Shown in pieces: positions 1-8,624 of a DNA stretch of 55,181 bases; position 1 is the stretch's first letter, and each line of letters begins with the position of its first letter. A program made the translations under genes and the position numbers. The stretch is from a virus (lineage: Duplodnaviria; Caudoviricetes). The DNA lies in IMG/VR virus record IMGVR_UViG_3300045107_000845, positions 1-55,181 of that record, one strand, 5' to 3'. The notes under the pieces are model-generated. The model did not search any database. It saw only the letters and a program-made list of their open reading frames with translations, and was not told the origin of the DNA.

Positions 1-360
1 TTACGGCCGCGCGGGCGGCGCTCTGACGGGCGGAGGGCCGCCGCGTTTTCGGCTTTCATCGTCGGCACGGGCCAATAGCGCCGTCTGCAACTCGGCGATA
101 CCGCGGCGGTCGGCCTCGCACTGCAAGCCCCACTTGCGAAGCTCGAGGATGAAGTCAGCGACTTCGATCTCGGTCGGCACCTTGGAGGCGGGGACCGGCG
201 GCATCGGCCGGGGGCGGAGCAGATCGGGAGAAATCGTCTGCACGACCGTCTGCACCTCGACTTTCGTGATCACCGGCGGCTCCGGCCGCGGCGTCGACGC
301 GCAAGCCGTCAAAAAGGCGCTGAAGCACAGGGCCGGTAGGGCGGTCTTTATCAAGCTCAC
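1..360 (-). CDS. o-spanin (Rz1-like lipoprotein)
   Basis: Lipobox FLTAC, Pro-rich mature part, starts inside the i-spanin gene in another frame, last gene of the lysis cassette. Confidence 0.8.
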   Translation of the reverse strand: MSLIKTALPALCFSAFLTACASTPRPEPPVITKVEVQTVVQTISPDLLRPRPMPPVPASKVPTEIEVADFILELRKWGLQCEADRRGIAELQTALLARADDESRKRGGPPPVRAPPARP

Positions 361-670
361 GAAGCACCTCCTGCTTGAGTCTGTCCGTACGTTTCTGAAC
401 CGCTTCGCGCTCTGCGGCGGCCGCGGCGGTCATGGCAGCGCTCGTCTTCGCGATCTCGTCGACTCGACGAGCTGCGCGCGCATTCGCTTCGGCGATGTCG
501 ATCGCGGTCGCGAGGTCGGCCTTCAGCTGCTCAACCTTGGCCTGCTCGAGCTTCAAACGCTCGCGCGCGTTCTCGACGCGGCCGCTCTGAATCCAAAGCG
601 CTCCGCCGGCGGCAACAGCCAGCAGCGCGGCAGCAACCCAACCGACGAAGGGTTTCAGCATCCAGCCCAT
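155..670 (-). CDS. i-spanin (Rz-like)
   Basis: Single N-terminal TM helix then coiled coil; directly downstream of the endolysin. Confidence 0.8.
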   Translation of the reverse strand: MGWMLKPFVGWVAAALLAVAAGGALWIQSGRVENARERLKLEQAKVEQLKADLATAIDIAEANARAARRVDEIAKTSAAMTAAAAAEREAVQKRTDRLKQEVLRELDKDRPTGPVLQRLFDGLRVDAAAGAAGDHESRGADGRADDFSRSAPPPADAAGPRLQGADRDRSR

Positions 671-1230
671 GTCGCCTCGAGCCTCGTCCAGGTTGCTTGG
701 ATGCGATCGACATACTGTATCGTCTCGCGGCTATGCGCGCCGGTGACCTGCGGCAGGCAGACGATGATCTCGCGATACAGCGGTCGGCCGCCGCATGCGC
801 GCTGCGCAGCGAGAAGGTTTCCGTGGCCGGCGTTGTAGGAGGCCTGCGCGAGTTGCTGCCGATCGAGCAGCGGTCGAGGCGCGCGCCAGTCCGCGCGGCG
901 CTTCGCCATGTAGAAGGCTCCGGCCTCGATCGCGACTTCGGCTTGGAAAGGCGTGCTGCCGAGCGGCAAACCCATCTGCCTCTGCAAATCGGCCCAGGTG
1001 CCCGGCATGATCTGTGCGATTCCCATCGCGCCGACCGGGCTGACGGCATCGGCGCGCAGGTTGCTCTCGGCGATCAGCTGAGCCTTCCACGCGCACCAGA
1101 AGGGGAAGTCACCCCACCACCGCTTCACCGCCTGCTCGATTGCCCCGTCGTATTTAGCTGTAGATGTAGCCGGCGAGGAGGCACAGAGCGAGATAGCGAA
1201 GGCCGCGATAAACACCCAAAGACAGCGCAT
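655..1230 (-). CDS. Endolysin, SLT-family lytic transglycosylase with N-terminal hydrophobic signal
   Basis: SLT motifs AES, AVSPVGAMGIAQIMPGT, ASYNAGHG, ETIQYV; start reassigned to ATG 1230 (MRCLWVFIAAFAISLC). Confidence 0.9.
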   Translation of the reverse strand: MRCLWVFIAAFAISLCASSPATSTAKYDGAIEQAVKRWWGDFPFWCAWKAQLIAESNLRADAVSPVGAMGIAQIMPGTWADLQRQMGLPLGSTPFQAEVAIEAGAFYMAKRRADWRAPRPLLDRQQLAQASYNAGHGNLLAAQRACGGRPLYREIIVCLPQVTGAHSRETIQYVDRIQATWTRLEATWAGC

Positions 1231-1393
1231 TTTCGGCGATCTTGTTGAAGACGTCATTACGGAAAGAGACACCGTTCAAACGGTCGAGGATGCGACCGTT
1301 CACCCAGACGAAAAATGCAGCCGCGATGAAGGTCAGCGTCTTCATCGCGAACGAGAGCGCTACGACATCGCTGATGGGCCAGGCGGTTTCCAC
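1154..1393 (-). CDS. Putative holin
   Basis: 79 aa, two hydrophobic segments, immediately upstream of and overlapping the endolysin. Confidence 0.65.
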   Translation of the reverse strand: METAWPISDVVALSFAMKTLTFIAAAFFVWVNGRILDRLNGVSFRNDVFNKIAENALSLGVYRGLRYLALCLLAGYIYS

Positions 1394-1396
1394 GGC

Positions 1397-1660
1397 TCAG
1401 CCTTCCTCACCATAAGGCGCGGCGGCCGCGCGCGTATCGCACTTGCATGTCCGCTCAAGCGTATCGATGCGGTGCGTGAGGACCGGGATGGTCGCGACGA
1501 TCGGCTTGATGGCGGCGATGTCGTCGCGGATCGTTTCGAGCATGGCGCTGAATTTGCCGGCCGCATACACAGCGAGAACGATCTGCACCGCAAGCACTGT
1601 GGGGATCGCGAAGCGATTCACGTTGATCGTATTTCCGCTCGGCTCAATCTGCGACATCAT
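1397..1660 (-). CDS. Small single-TM protein of the lysis region (holin/antiholin-like)
   Basis: TM segment FAIPTVLAVQIVLAVYAAG plus short coiled coil; start ATG 1660 overlaps the end of gpD. Confidence 0.55.
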   Translation of the reverse strand: MMSQIEPSGNTINVNRFAIPTVLAVQIVLAVYAAGKFSAMLETIRDDIAAIKPIVATIPVLTHRIDTLERTCKCDTRAAAAPYGEEG

Positions 1661-2696
1661 CGGCCTCGAAATCTTCCGGCTCCGCGACGGAATCTGTTCC
1701 TGGATCATCGCCCGGCAAGTGCGCTTCCAGAATCGTCCTATAACCGGCGTTGCTCAGATCGTGCACCACTTTTCTCGCGACCCAGGTGCCGTCGACTCCG
1801 CTGCGAAATCCGCTGACGATCAGCGTGCATTCGGCGAGCAGCGATGGTTCACCCACCATCGCGATCGAGAGGCGGTTCGCCGCCCGCTTCATGTCTTTCG
1901 CTTTGGCGGCTGCGGCGGCACGTGCCTCCGTTGCCGTCGCGAATTGCTTTTTCAGGCGGTGCGCGGGGCCCGGCCCGACGGCCACCCGTTCGACTTTCGA
2001 CTCGCCGGAAACGAGGTCCCACCATTCGGCCTCGATCGAGCCGTACTTCGCGCGCTTTCCGATCGTGACCGACCAGTTGGACACTTGCGCGGGCGAGATG
2101 GAGACGGTCCGGCCCGCGCCTGGGCCGGGCCGCCCCTTGCCCATATCGCCGAACCACAGCTTGCCGTTCGTCGGCTTCGCGGCAGCGCCGATATCGTAGC
2201 CGAGGCGCGTCAGGAAATTCGCATCCGACTCGGCCGTCTGATCCATGTGCGGAATCGCGATCTGCGCCAGCGTCGGATCGACGGAAGCCGCGAAGCCGTG
2301 CTCTGCGGCGATTTTCTGCACGATCGCGCCGACGGTCGTGTCGTGCCAGCTGCGCGTGCGCGCCGCCTTCATCGATGAAATCACCGCAGCGCCGCCGGAA
2401 CGCGTGTCGGCGCTTCGCGCGTTGACGGTGATCATGCGATCGGGCCCGTCGATCTCGATCTCGTCGACGACGTACGCGCCGCTCTGATAGAGCGTTCCGC
2501 CTTCCCAGCCGATCGCGGCAGTGAGTTCAGCGCCGATGCGCGGCAGCTCGAGCGTGCCGCCCTCGTCGGTCAGCGAAAGCGATAGGCGGTCCGAGGTGAA
2601 TCCGACCTCGTCCGAAATGCTGAGGCCTGCGAAGCGCGAAGCGATAGTCGCCGTCAGATCGCTGCCGCCCAGGGTGATGCGATAGGCGGGGCGCAT
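1644..2696 (-). CDS. P2 gpD-like baseplate hub (late control D family)
   Basis: MRPAYRITLGG start, HMDQTAESDANFLTRL, GFRSGVDGTW motifs; synteny after tail X. Confidence 0.92.
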   Translation of the reverse strand: MRPAYRITLGGSDLTATIASRFAGLSISDEVGFTSDRLSLSLTDEGGTLELPRIGAELTAAIGWEGGTLYQSGAYVVDEIEIDGPDRMITVNARSADTRSGGAAVISSMKAARTRSWHDTTVGAIVQKIAAEHGFAASVDPTLAQIAIPHMDQTAESDANFLTRLGYDIGAAAKPTNGKLWFGDMGKGRPGPGAGRTVSISPAQVSNWSVTIGKRAKYGSIEAEWWDLVSGESKVERVAVGPGPAHRLKKQFATATEARAAAAAKAKDMKRAANRLSIAMVGEPSLLAECTLIVSGFRSGVDGTWVARKVVHDLSNAGYRTILEAHLPGDDPGTDSVAEPEDFEADDVAD

Positions 2697-2697
2697 T

Positions 2698-2910
2698 TCA
2701 CCAGAGCCTGACGGTTTCGACGGCGGGTGCTGTCACGCCCTTCGGCTCTGGCAGCAGGATCTCGACACCGGCCGGCAGCACTTCGCCGTACGCGGCGAGG
2801 CCTGGATTCATCTCAAGCACGGTCTCGGCAATGCCGACGACGTCGCTCCCGTAAACGAGAGCGCAGATGGCGTCGACCATGTCGCCGTCGTTGGTGATGT
2901 AACGCATCAT
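2698..2910 (-). CDS. P2 gpX-like tail protein X (LysM-like)
   Basis: GDMVDAIC...NPGLA...LPAGVEILLP...VRLW, 70 aa; start ATG 2910. Confidence 0.92.
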   Translation of the reverse strand: MMRYITNDGDMVDAICALVYGSDVVGIAETVLEMNPGLAAYGEVLPAGVEILLPEPKGVTAPAVETVRLW

Positions 2911-3671
2911 GAGCGGATCCGCGCGTAATCGAGGATGCCGCCGACGCGCGGCTCGACCCGCGGCGCGGTGAACATCGGCACGTCGTTTCCGATCGCCTCG
3001 TTGATCGCGCTGCGACCGTACCGCCGAAGAGCGCCTTGCGCGGCCGCGCTCGGCGACTGCAGAGCAAGCCCTAGAGGCGCGGCCGAGCCGCCATACCCGT
3101 CGAACGAGCGCGCCATCGTCGCGCTGAAACCGCGCGCCGCTCCGGTGAGCGTGTTGCCTTCGAGAGCGCCGTCGAGCGCGCCGTTCAGCACATCGCCGAG
3201 AACGCGCCCGCCGACGCTTTCGACAGAGGGCAGGCCCAGCGGCTCGAACGGGTCGACATTCCAGCGGCGCGAAGAAGCCGTGTCGGTTTCGTCGGGATAG
3301 CGCTGCAGTCGCAAGGCGAAGTCGATCCGCCGCGGCAAGCCGGGCCCCAGCAGCGAAGAGAATCGCTCCTGGATCGTGAGAATGACCCAGCGCCCGAGCG
3401 CATCGCCGACGCCCGAGGTCATCACCAGCGGTTCGCCCCTGCCCGCCTGCGCGCGCATGGCATCGACCTGGCCCAGGCCGCCGCGGTAATGCGGCATGAT
3501 CGTGCCTTCGAGATCCATCGTCTCTTGCCCGGGCCCGATCCATTGGACCGAAGGACCGCGGTTGATGCGATCGAGGCTCGCCCATCGGTACTCGGTCGCA
3601 CGCGCCACCGATTGGTAAGCGGCGGTCGCCACCGAGAACCGGAAATCGCCGAGCGACATCAAGACATCCAT
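2907..3671 (-). CDS. P2 gpU-like tail tube initiator with C-terminal extension
   Basis: LMSLGDFRFSVATAAYQ...YRW...QWIGPG...LGRWVI...IDFALRL; start ATG 3671. Confidence 0.88.
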   Translation of the reverse strand: MDVLMSLGDFRFSVATAAYQSVARATEYRWASLDRINRGPSVQWIGPGQETMDLEGTIMPHYRGGLGQVDAMRAQAGRGEPLVMTSGVGDALGRWVILTIQERFSSLLGPGLPRRIDFALRLQRYPDETDTASSRRWNVDPFEPLGLPSVESVGGRVLGDVLNGALDGALEGNTLTGAARGFSATMARSFDGYGGSAAPLGLALQSPSAAAQGALRRYGRSAINEAIGNDVPMFTAPRVEPRVGGILDYARIRS

Positions 3672-3681
3672 GGGCCTTACC

Positions 3682-5550
3682 TCAGTCGTGCAGAGCGGCG
3701 CGGCGTTCCGATTCCGCCGCGCGCATCGATCGCTGAAGCGCCTGTTCGACTGCAGCGCCGATTGCGTTCGGATCACCGCCGCCGGAGACGGTGATGTTGA
3801 TCGGCGCGTTCACCGTCATTGCACCGCCGTTCACCGTGCGTGCGGTCGCGTTGTCGTTCGCCGCCGCCGGGCGCATCAAGGGCGTGGGGCGCTCAGCGGG
3901 GCGCGGCCCGAAAAGCCCCGTCGCCGGCGAAGCGCCCGCCACCAAGCCCGGCGTCGCGGCAACCGGGGCCGACGGGCCGACGGGCGGCCGCACCGCATCC
4001 GTGGCCGCTTTGGCGGGGTTTACGGCAAGGTTTCGCAGCCAGCTCGCTACGCGCTCCCATGCCGCGACCATCCCGCGCCAGAGGCTGCCGATGATGCCCG
4101 CCCCGATCTCGCCCAGGTCGAGCGATTGCAGCCATGCGACGCCGGCTGTGAACGCGTCGCGGATGCCCGTCCACACGCCGACCGCTTCGGCGACCGTCGC
4201 GCGCCAGCGCGCGGTGAATGCGTCGGCGATGCTGCCGGCGGCCGCCACCAAGCCGCCCCAGGCCCATGCGATAAAGCGCTCGATGCCGGTCGTGATCTGA
4301 TCCCAGACGCCGGCGAAGAAGCCCGCGATACTGCCCCAGTTGCGGTAGATCAGATAGCCCGCGGCGGCGATCGCGGCGACGCCGGCGATGAACCACCCGA
4401 TTGGGGTTGCCGCCAGCGCGATGCCAAGCTGCGTGAAAGCGAGCGTGAGCGCCGCCAGCGCCGTAACCACCGGGCCCAGGATCACTGCTGCGATCGCGAT
4501 CATGGCCGCGTTGAAGGGCCCGCCGACCATAGCGGAAAGGCGATCGAGAAAGGCGACGCCGGCCTGCACGCGCTCCCACAACGCCGCCAGCCGCTTTCGC
4601 GCTTCGCTCGTCGGATCGAGAAGCGAGCGCACGGCGGCAGCCGCCCTGCCCGCCCATTCGGCAAGGCGCGCGCGGATGGCATCGGCATTGGCGAGAACAA
4701 GCGAGCGCATCGTCTCGACAAGCTCATTCGCCACGGGCATCAGCGCCGATCCGACCATCAGCCGGAAGCCGTTGAAGATCGCCATCAGCCGGCTGATGTT
4801 GTCGTTCAGCGTATCGGCGGCGGACGCGGTATCTTTGCCGAGCACGCCGCCGATGCGGTCCAGCTCGTCGCCGTACGCGCGCAGCGCACTGCCGCCCTCG
4901 TTCAGCAGCGGGATCAGGTCCGAGCCGGAGCGGCCGAACAGGCGGAGCGCAATCGCGGTCTTCGCCGGCCCGTCGGGCATCTTCTGAAAACGATCGGCGA
5001 TGTCCTGCAGCAGCGTTTCGGTCGGCTTGATCTGGCCGCGCGCATCGCGCAGCCCGACGCCGATCGAGGCAAAGGCCGCCGCTTGCTCTTTTCCTCCCCG
5101 AGCCGCTTGCGTGAGGTTCTTGCTGAAGATCTTCAGCGCGGTGTCGAGTCCCTCATGGGATACGTTCGCGATGCCCGCCGCATACGCCAGGCGCTGATAC
5201 GCTTCGACGGCGACGCCGACCTTCTGTGCCGCGTTGAAAACGCTCTCGCCGGTATCGGCCGTCGTCTTCACCAGAGCGAGGAGAGCGCCGGCACCTGCGG
5301 TCGCCATCAGCGAAAACTGCGTGACCGCCCCGGCGGCCGCGCTCGCCACGCCCGCGACTCCGCTCGCGACCCCGGCGACGGCCGTACGCAGCCGCGGCAG
5401 CCCGAGCGCTTTGTCGAGTTCGACGAACGAGGAGCGCAGGCGGCGCACCGGCGCTTGAATACGGTCGATTCTGTCGTTCAGCGCCTTGAGCGGCGCGGTG
5501 ATGCGATCGAGCGCACCGATGACGACTTCGACGCCGGGGACCTTCGTCAT
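3682..5550 (-). CDS. Tail tape measure protein
   Basis: 622 aa, Ala-rich helical, LFGRSG motif, periodic Trp/Phe repeats; follows the tail chaperones. Confidence 0.92.
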   Translation of the reverse strand: MTKVPGVEVVIGALDRITAPLKALNDRIDRIQAPVRRLRSSFVELDKALGLPRLRTAVAGVASGVAGVASAAAGAVTQFSLMATAGAGALLALVKTTADTGESVFNAAQKVGVAVEAYQRLAYAAGIANVSHEGLDTALKIFSKNLTQAARGGKEQAAAFASIGVGLRDARGQIKPTETLLQDIADRFQKMPDGPAKTAIALRLFGRSGSDLIPLLNEGGSALRAYGDELDRIGGVLGKDTASAADTLNDNISRLMAIFNGFRLMVGSALMPVANELVETMRSLVLANADAIRARLAEWAGRAAAAVRSLLDPTSEARKRLAALWERVQAGVAFLDRLSAMVGGPFNAAMIAIAAVILGPVVTALAALTLAFTQLGIALAATPIGWFIAGVAAIAAAGYLIYRNWGSIAGFFAGVWDQITTGIERFIAWAWGGLVAAAGSIADAFTARWRATVAEAVGVWTGIRDAFTAGVAWLQSLDLGEIGAGIIGSLWRGMVAAWERVASWLRNLAVNPAKAATDAVRPPVGPSAPVAATPGLVAGASPATGLFGPRPAERPTPLMRPAAANDNATARTVNGGAMTVNAPINITVSGGGDPNAIGAAVEQALQRSMRAAESERRAALHD

Positions 5551-5551
5551 T

Positions 5552-5671
5552 TCAAGACCCCTTCTTCGGGAGCCGCGCTTCGATCTCGCTGCGCCACATG
5601 AACAACTCGTCGAGGTCCATCGCGCTGATCTCGGCCGCCGACCAATGGAAGGTCATGGCGATATCGGCCAT
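5552..5671 (-). CDS. P2 gpE'-like tail chaperone extension (absent from the ORF track)
   Basis: Manual translation MADIAMTFHWSAAEISAMDLDELFMWRSEIEARLPKKGS; lies in the -1 frame of the upstream chaperone. Confidence 0.85.
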   Translation of the reverse strand: MADIAMTFHWSAAEISAMDLDELFMWRSEIEARLPKKGS

Positions 5672-5700
5672 GGCGGAGATCACCGCCGGGCCGATCTGCG

Positions 5701-5964
5701 CTATGGCTTGGCGAAAGGGGTTGCCCCCATCTGCTTTCCAAGCAGGTCGGCGATCGCCGCGTAATCTTCACCGTCGATCGTGTCCACGGCCTCTGGCGGC
5801 ATCTCGGCGAGGTCGCGGATCATTGCCAGGCTCATTTCGACGGGACCGAGCTTTTCCTTTTCCCAGCGGCGGAAGTCGCCGGCGCGGAGCCGGCGGAGAC
5901 TTAGCGTGGTGTAGTGCGTGCCGTTATGTTCGAACGGATGCTTCAGCGTGTACTGCGTCGTCAT
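5701..5964 (-). CDS. Tail assembly chaperone (gpE/gp41-like)
   Basis: YTLKHP...LSLRR...DTIDGEDY pattern, GAGGAG RBS, lies between tube and tape measure. Confidence 0.88.
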   Translation of the reverse strand: MTTQYTLKHPFEHNGTHYTTLSLRRLRAGDFRRWEKEKLGPVEMSLAMIRDLAEMPPEAVDTIDGEDYAAIADLLGKQMGATPFAKP

Positions 5965-5972
5965 GGGGCTCC

Positions 5973-6485
5973 TCACGCGCCGATCGCGTTGCGCATCGCC
6001 TCAAGCTGGTCGACGCCGTTGACGACGCGGCGCGCGTTTTCGATATCGACCTCGAGCACGTCCTGGCCGCCGATGTTGAGGCGGTAGTACGAGGCGCGCG
6101 CGGTATACGCGATGGGTGCGTTCTGCCCGGCCACCCAGTTTTCGGGCTCGACCGCGCTGATGATGCCGCGGACGTAAATGTTGACCGGCTGCACATCGGC
6201 GCTGCCGCCGTTCGCGAGCTGGTAGGCCCCTTTGAAGGTGATCGCCGTGCGCGTGTTGCCGTACTGGCCGAAGAGCGCGACGATCTCCGGATGCCAATGG
6301 CTCAAGGTGAAATTCACCTCGATCGGCTCCATGCCATAGTCGACCGGCAGCGCCATATCGAATCCGCCCGGGCGGAAGTCCTCGAGGATCAGGGACAGAT
6401 TGCCCGGGGTCAGCTCCATCACCTCGCCGAGATAGCCGCGGCCGTCGACGAAGAGGTTGAAGCCTTTGAGAACGCGGCCTTTCAT
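5973..6485 (-). CDS. Major tail tube protein (P2 FII-like)
   Basis: LKGFNLFVDGRGYLG, FRPGGFD, VNGVDQL...RNAIG motifs. Confidence 0.95.
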   Translation of the reverse strand: MKGRVLKGFNLFVDGRGYLGEVMELTPGNLSLILEDFRPGGFDMALPVDYGMEPIEVNFTLSHWHPEIVALFGQYGNTRTAITFKGAYQLANGGSADVQPVNIYVRGIISAVEPENWVAGQNAPIAYTARASYYRLNIGGQDVLEVDIENARRVVNGVDQLEAMRNAIGA

Positions 6486-6500
6486 GGTGTGCTCCTTGGC

Positions 6501-7922
6501 TTAGGCGGCTTCGTCAATGAGTTCCGACAGATAGTCGGGCGTGACGATCGCGCGGAACGTGATGCGCTCCGCCACCGGGCTCGGCGTGAAATCGAAGTCG
6601 AGGTAAAGGCGGCCGTCGGCGAGCGACTGCGGCGTGTTGAGATCCGGATTCGGCCAGCACTTCCCGCCGACGATCGCACCGAGGGCAATCAGGCGGCGCA
6701 GATAGTCGTTCACGCTCTCGACCACCGCCTCGATGAAGTTGCGCGTGATGTTGCGGTCGACGGCCCACAGATGCGCGCGCTGCACGCTGTCCATGATCAT
6801 GTCTGCGGTGCGGCTGTGAGCGAGGAACGCGAAAGCAGGATCCGCGCTCGTCGTGCGGTTGCCCCACAGGCGGTATCCCTGCTCGCGGATGATGGTCGCG
6901 ATCTCGTTCTCGTTGAGATAGTTCGCAGTCGTATTCGGGTCGCCCAAGCTGAAATCGATCGGGCGGCCCATGCCGGTCGTGCCGGTGAGAATGTGGTTCG
7001 AAGGCGATACCCAGAAACCTTCCTCGACATCGACCTGTGCGATGAGGCCAGCCACCGCCGCACTGGCGGGCATCGCGATCTGCGCGCCCGTGACGCCGTC
7101 GATCGTCTTTTCCCAGGGATCGACGATAAAGATTCGGCGGCTGCCCCAGTCGTTGCGATAGGCGAGCGCATCGGCGTTGTTCGTGTTCGGGCCGTCGGCG
7201 ACGATGTGAGCGCGCAGCGAGTTCGCCGGCGTCGAAAGAGCCGCCACCACGCCGTTCGCGTTGCCTCCGGCACGCTGATGCGTATGGCCGGTCGCGATCA
7301 GGATTCGCGGCGTCACATCGTGCAGCGCCTGCGCATTCAGCAGCGCATAGACGCCGGTGCGCGTCGTGCTGCTGCCGATGACCGCGGCTTCGAGAACCTT
7401 GCTCGGATCGACCCATGCATAGGCCACGTGCGCTGCGGCGTCGTTGGTCAGCGCGCCACCGGTAATGACGGTGATCAGGCCCTTGTCAGCGTCGAGCGTG
7501 TAATCGGTGCCGACGACGAGCGCAGCCCCGGCCCCGCCCGCCTCTTTCACCACCACTTCGCGTACGAAGCGGTGCGGCAGCTGGATCTGCTTGTTCGTGA
7601 TGGTGCGGTCAGCGCCAGCGACAGCGGTCTTGTGCGTGGCCGGGTCGCAGACGTTGACGACGACGACGGTCGCGCCGCCGAAGTCGAAAATGCGCTTGAG
7701 CGCTTGCGGAATCGTGAAACCGCTCGAATAGCCGGCCAGGTCGGGCGTGCCGAAGAGTTCGGCCGCCTGCGTCGGGCTTCCCACGATCAGCACAGGCTCG
7801 TTCAAAGCGCCCTTCGGCGCGGTGCCGACAAGGCCGATGACGCTCGAACGCAGCGTGCGGATCGGTCGCGCGCCTTCCGTGAGCGTAATGACCTCAACGC
7901 CGTGCAGAAACTGGTCGCTCAT
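6501..7922 (-). CDS. Tail sheath protein (P2 FI-like)
   Basis: FLHGVEV, SVIGLVGTAP, GFWVSPSN, GYRLWGNRT, AERITF motifs. Confidence 0.96.
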   Translation of the reverse strand: MSDQFLHGVEVITLTEGARPIRTLRSSVIGLVGTAPKGALNEPVLIVGSPTQAAELFGTPDLAGYSSGFTIPQALKRIFDFGGATVVVVNVCDPATHKTAVAGADRTITNKQIQLPHRFVREVVVKEAGGAGAALVVGTDYTLDADKGLITVITGGALTNDAAAHVAYAWVDPSKVLEAAVIGSSTTRTGVYALLNAQALHDVTPRILIATGHTHQRAGGNANGVVAALSTPANSLRAHIVADGPNTNNADALAYRNDWGSRRIFIVDPWEKTIDGVTGAQIAMPASAAVAGLIAQVDVEEGFWVSPSNHILTGTTGMGRPIDFSLGDPNTTANYLNENEIATIIREQGYRLWGNRTTSADPAFAFLAHSRTADMIMDSVQRAHLWAVDRNITRNFIEAVVESVNDYLRRLIALGAIVGGKCWPNPDLNTPQSLADGRLYLDFDFTPSPVAERITFRAIVTPDYLSELIDEAA

Positions 7923-7937
7923 GTCGGACTCCTGCGG

Positions 7938-8165
7938 TTACAGCCGCGCGTTCGGATACGTAAGCTCTATGTCCTGAGCCAGGTCGCCTTTCAAGCGCAC
8001 AGTGTGCACCGGCGGTTTGTCGAAGCCGCCGGCTTCGTTCTTTTCGACGTCGTAGAAATGCACTTCGCGCACGACGCCGCCGCCTGGCGCGGCAACGATC
8101 TCGGTGACGATGACGGTTTTCACGCCCTCGATTGCGATGCTCATGTTTGTGTAGGTGATGCTCAC
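7938..8165 (-). CDS. Hypothetical small tail-region protein
   Basis: GTGA overlap with the upstream gene, GGAG RBS, beta-rich. Confidence 0.6.
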   Translation of the reverse strand: MSITYTNMSIAIEGVKTVIVTEIVAAPGGGVVREVHFYDVEKNEAGGFDKPPVHTVRLKGDLAQDIELTYPNARL

Positions 8166-8623
8166 AATGCGTTCTCCATCGGCCAAGCGGCGAGCACCGC
8201 CTGCACCTCTCCTGAAGTGATGCGGCCCTTGGAAATCAGCGACGCGAAAAAGCCGGTCGGACCCACCAGCTGCGACGAGGTGCGGCTGATCAGACGTTCC
8301 TCAGCGACTTTCAGAAACCCGATGAAATCCGTATCGGCGAGCGTTGCGTTGATCTCGGAAAGCGTCATGCCGCCCGGGCCCGGCGCGCCGAGCAGAGTCA
8401 TCAAGCCGACGACGGTCAGCATCTTCGGCACCATGTCCTTAGGCGGCTCGCCGGGATCGTCGATGATCTCCCAGCCGTTGACCCACACCGCCTTCTTGCC
8501 CAGCGGAATGGTGTCTGGCGGCGGTATGAGGACGGCGTTCGCAGGTCTCGGCTGCCCTTCGGAAAGCGTGGCCGTCTGCCCGCTGTAGAAGCCCCGCGCG
8601 GTGAGAAGATAGGCCGTGGTCAT
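8162..8623 (-). CDS. Putative tail fibre assembly chaperone
   Basis: PANAVLIPPP...GKKAVWVNGWEIIDD resembles Tfa-type chaperones; follows the fibre gene. Confidence 0.6.
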   Translation of the reverse strand: MTTAYLLTARGFYSGQTATLSEGQPRPANAVLIPPPDTIPLGKKAVWVNGWEIIDDPGEPPKDMVPKMLTVVGLMTLLGAPGPGGMTLSEINATLADTDFIGFLKVAEERLISRTSSQLVGPTGFFASLISKGRITSGEVQAVLAAWPMENAL

Positions 8624-8624
8624 G

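Noticed and set aside
5598-8588. 996-aa plus-strand ORF and similar long antisense ORFs (3670-5601, 10952-12631, 25163-26575, 51504-52979)
   Set aside because: Shadow frames of well-supported genes, expected in GC-rich DNA; no motifs
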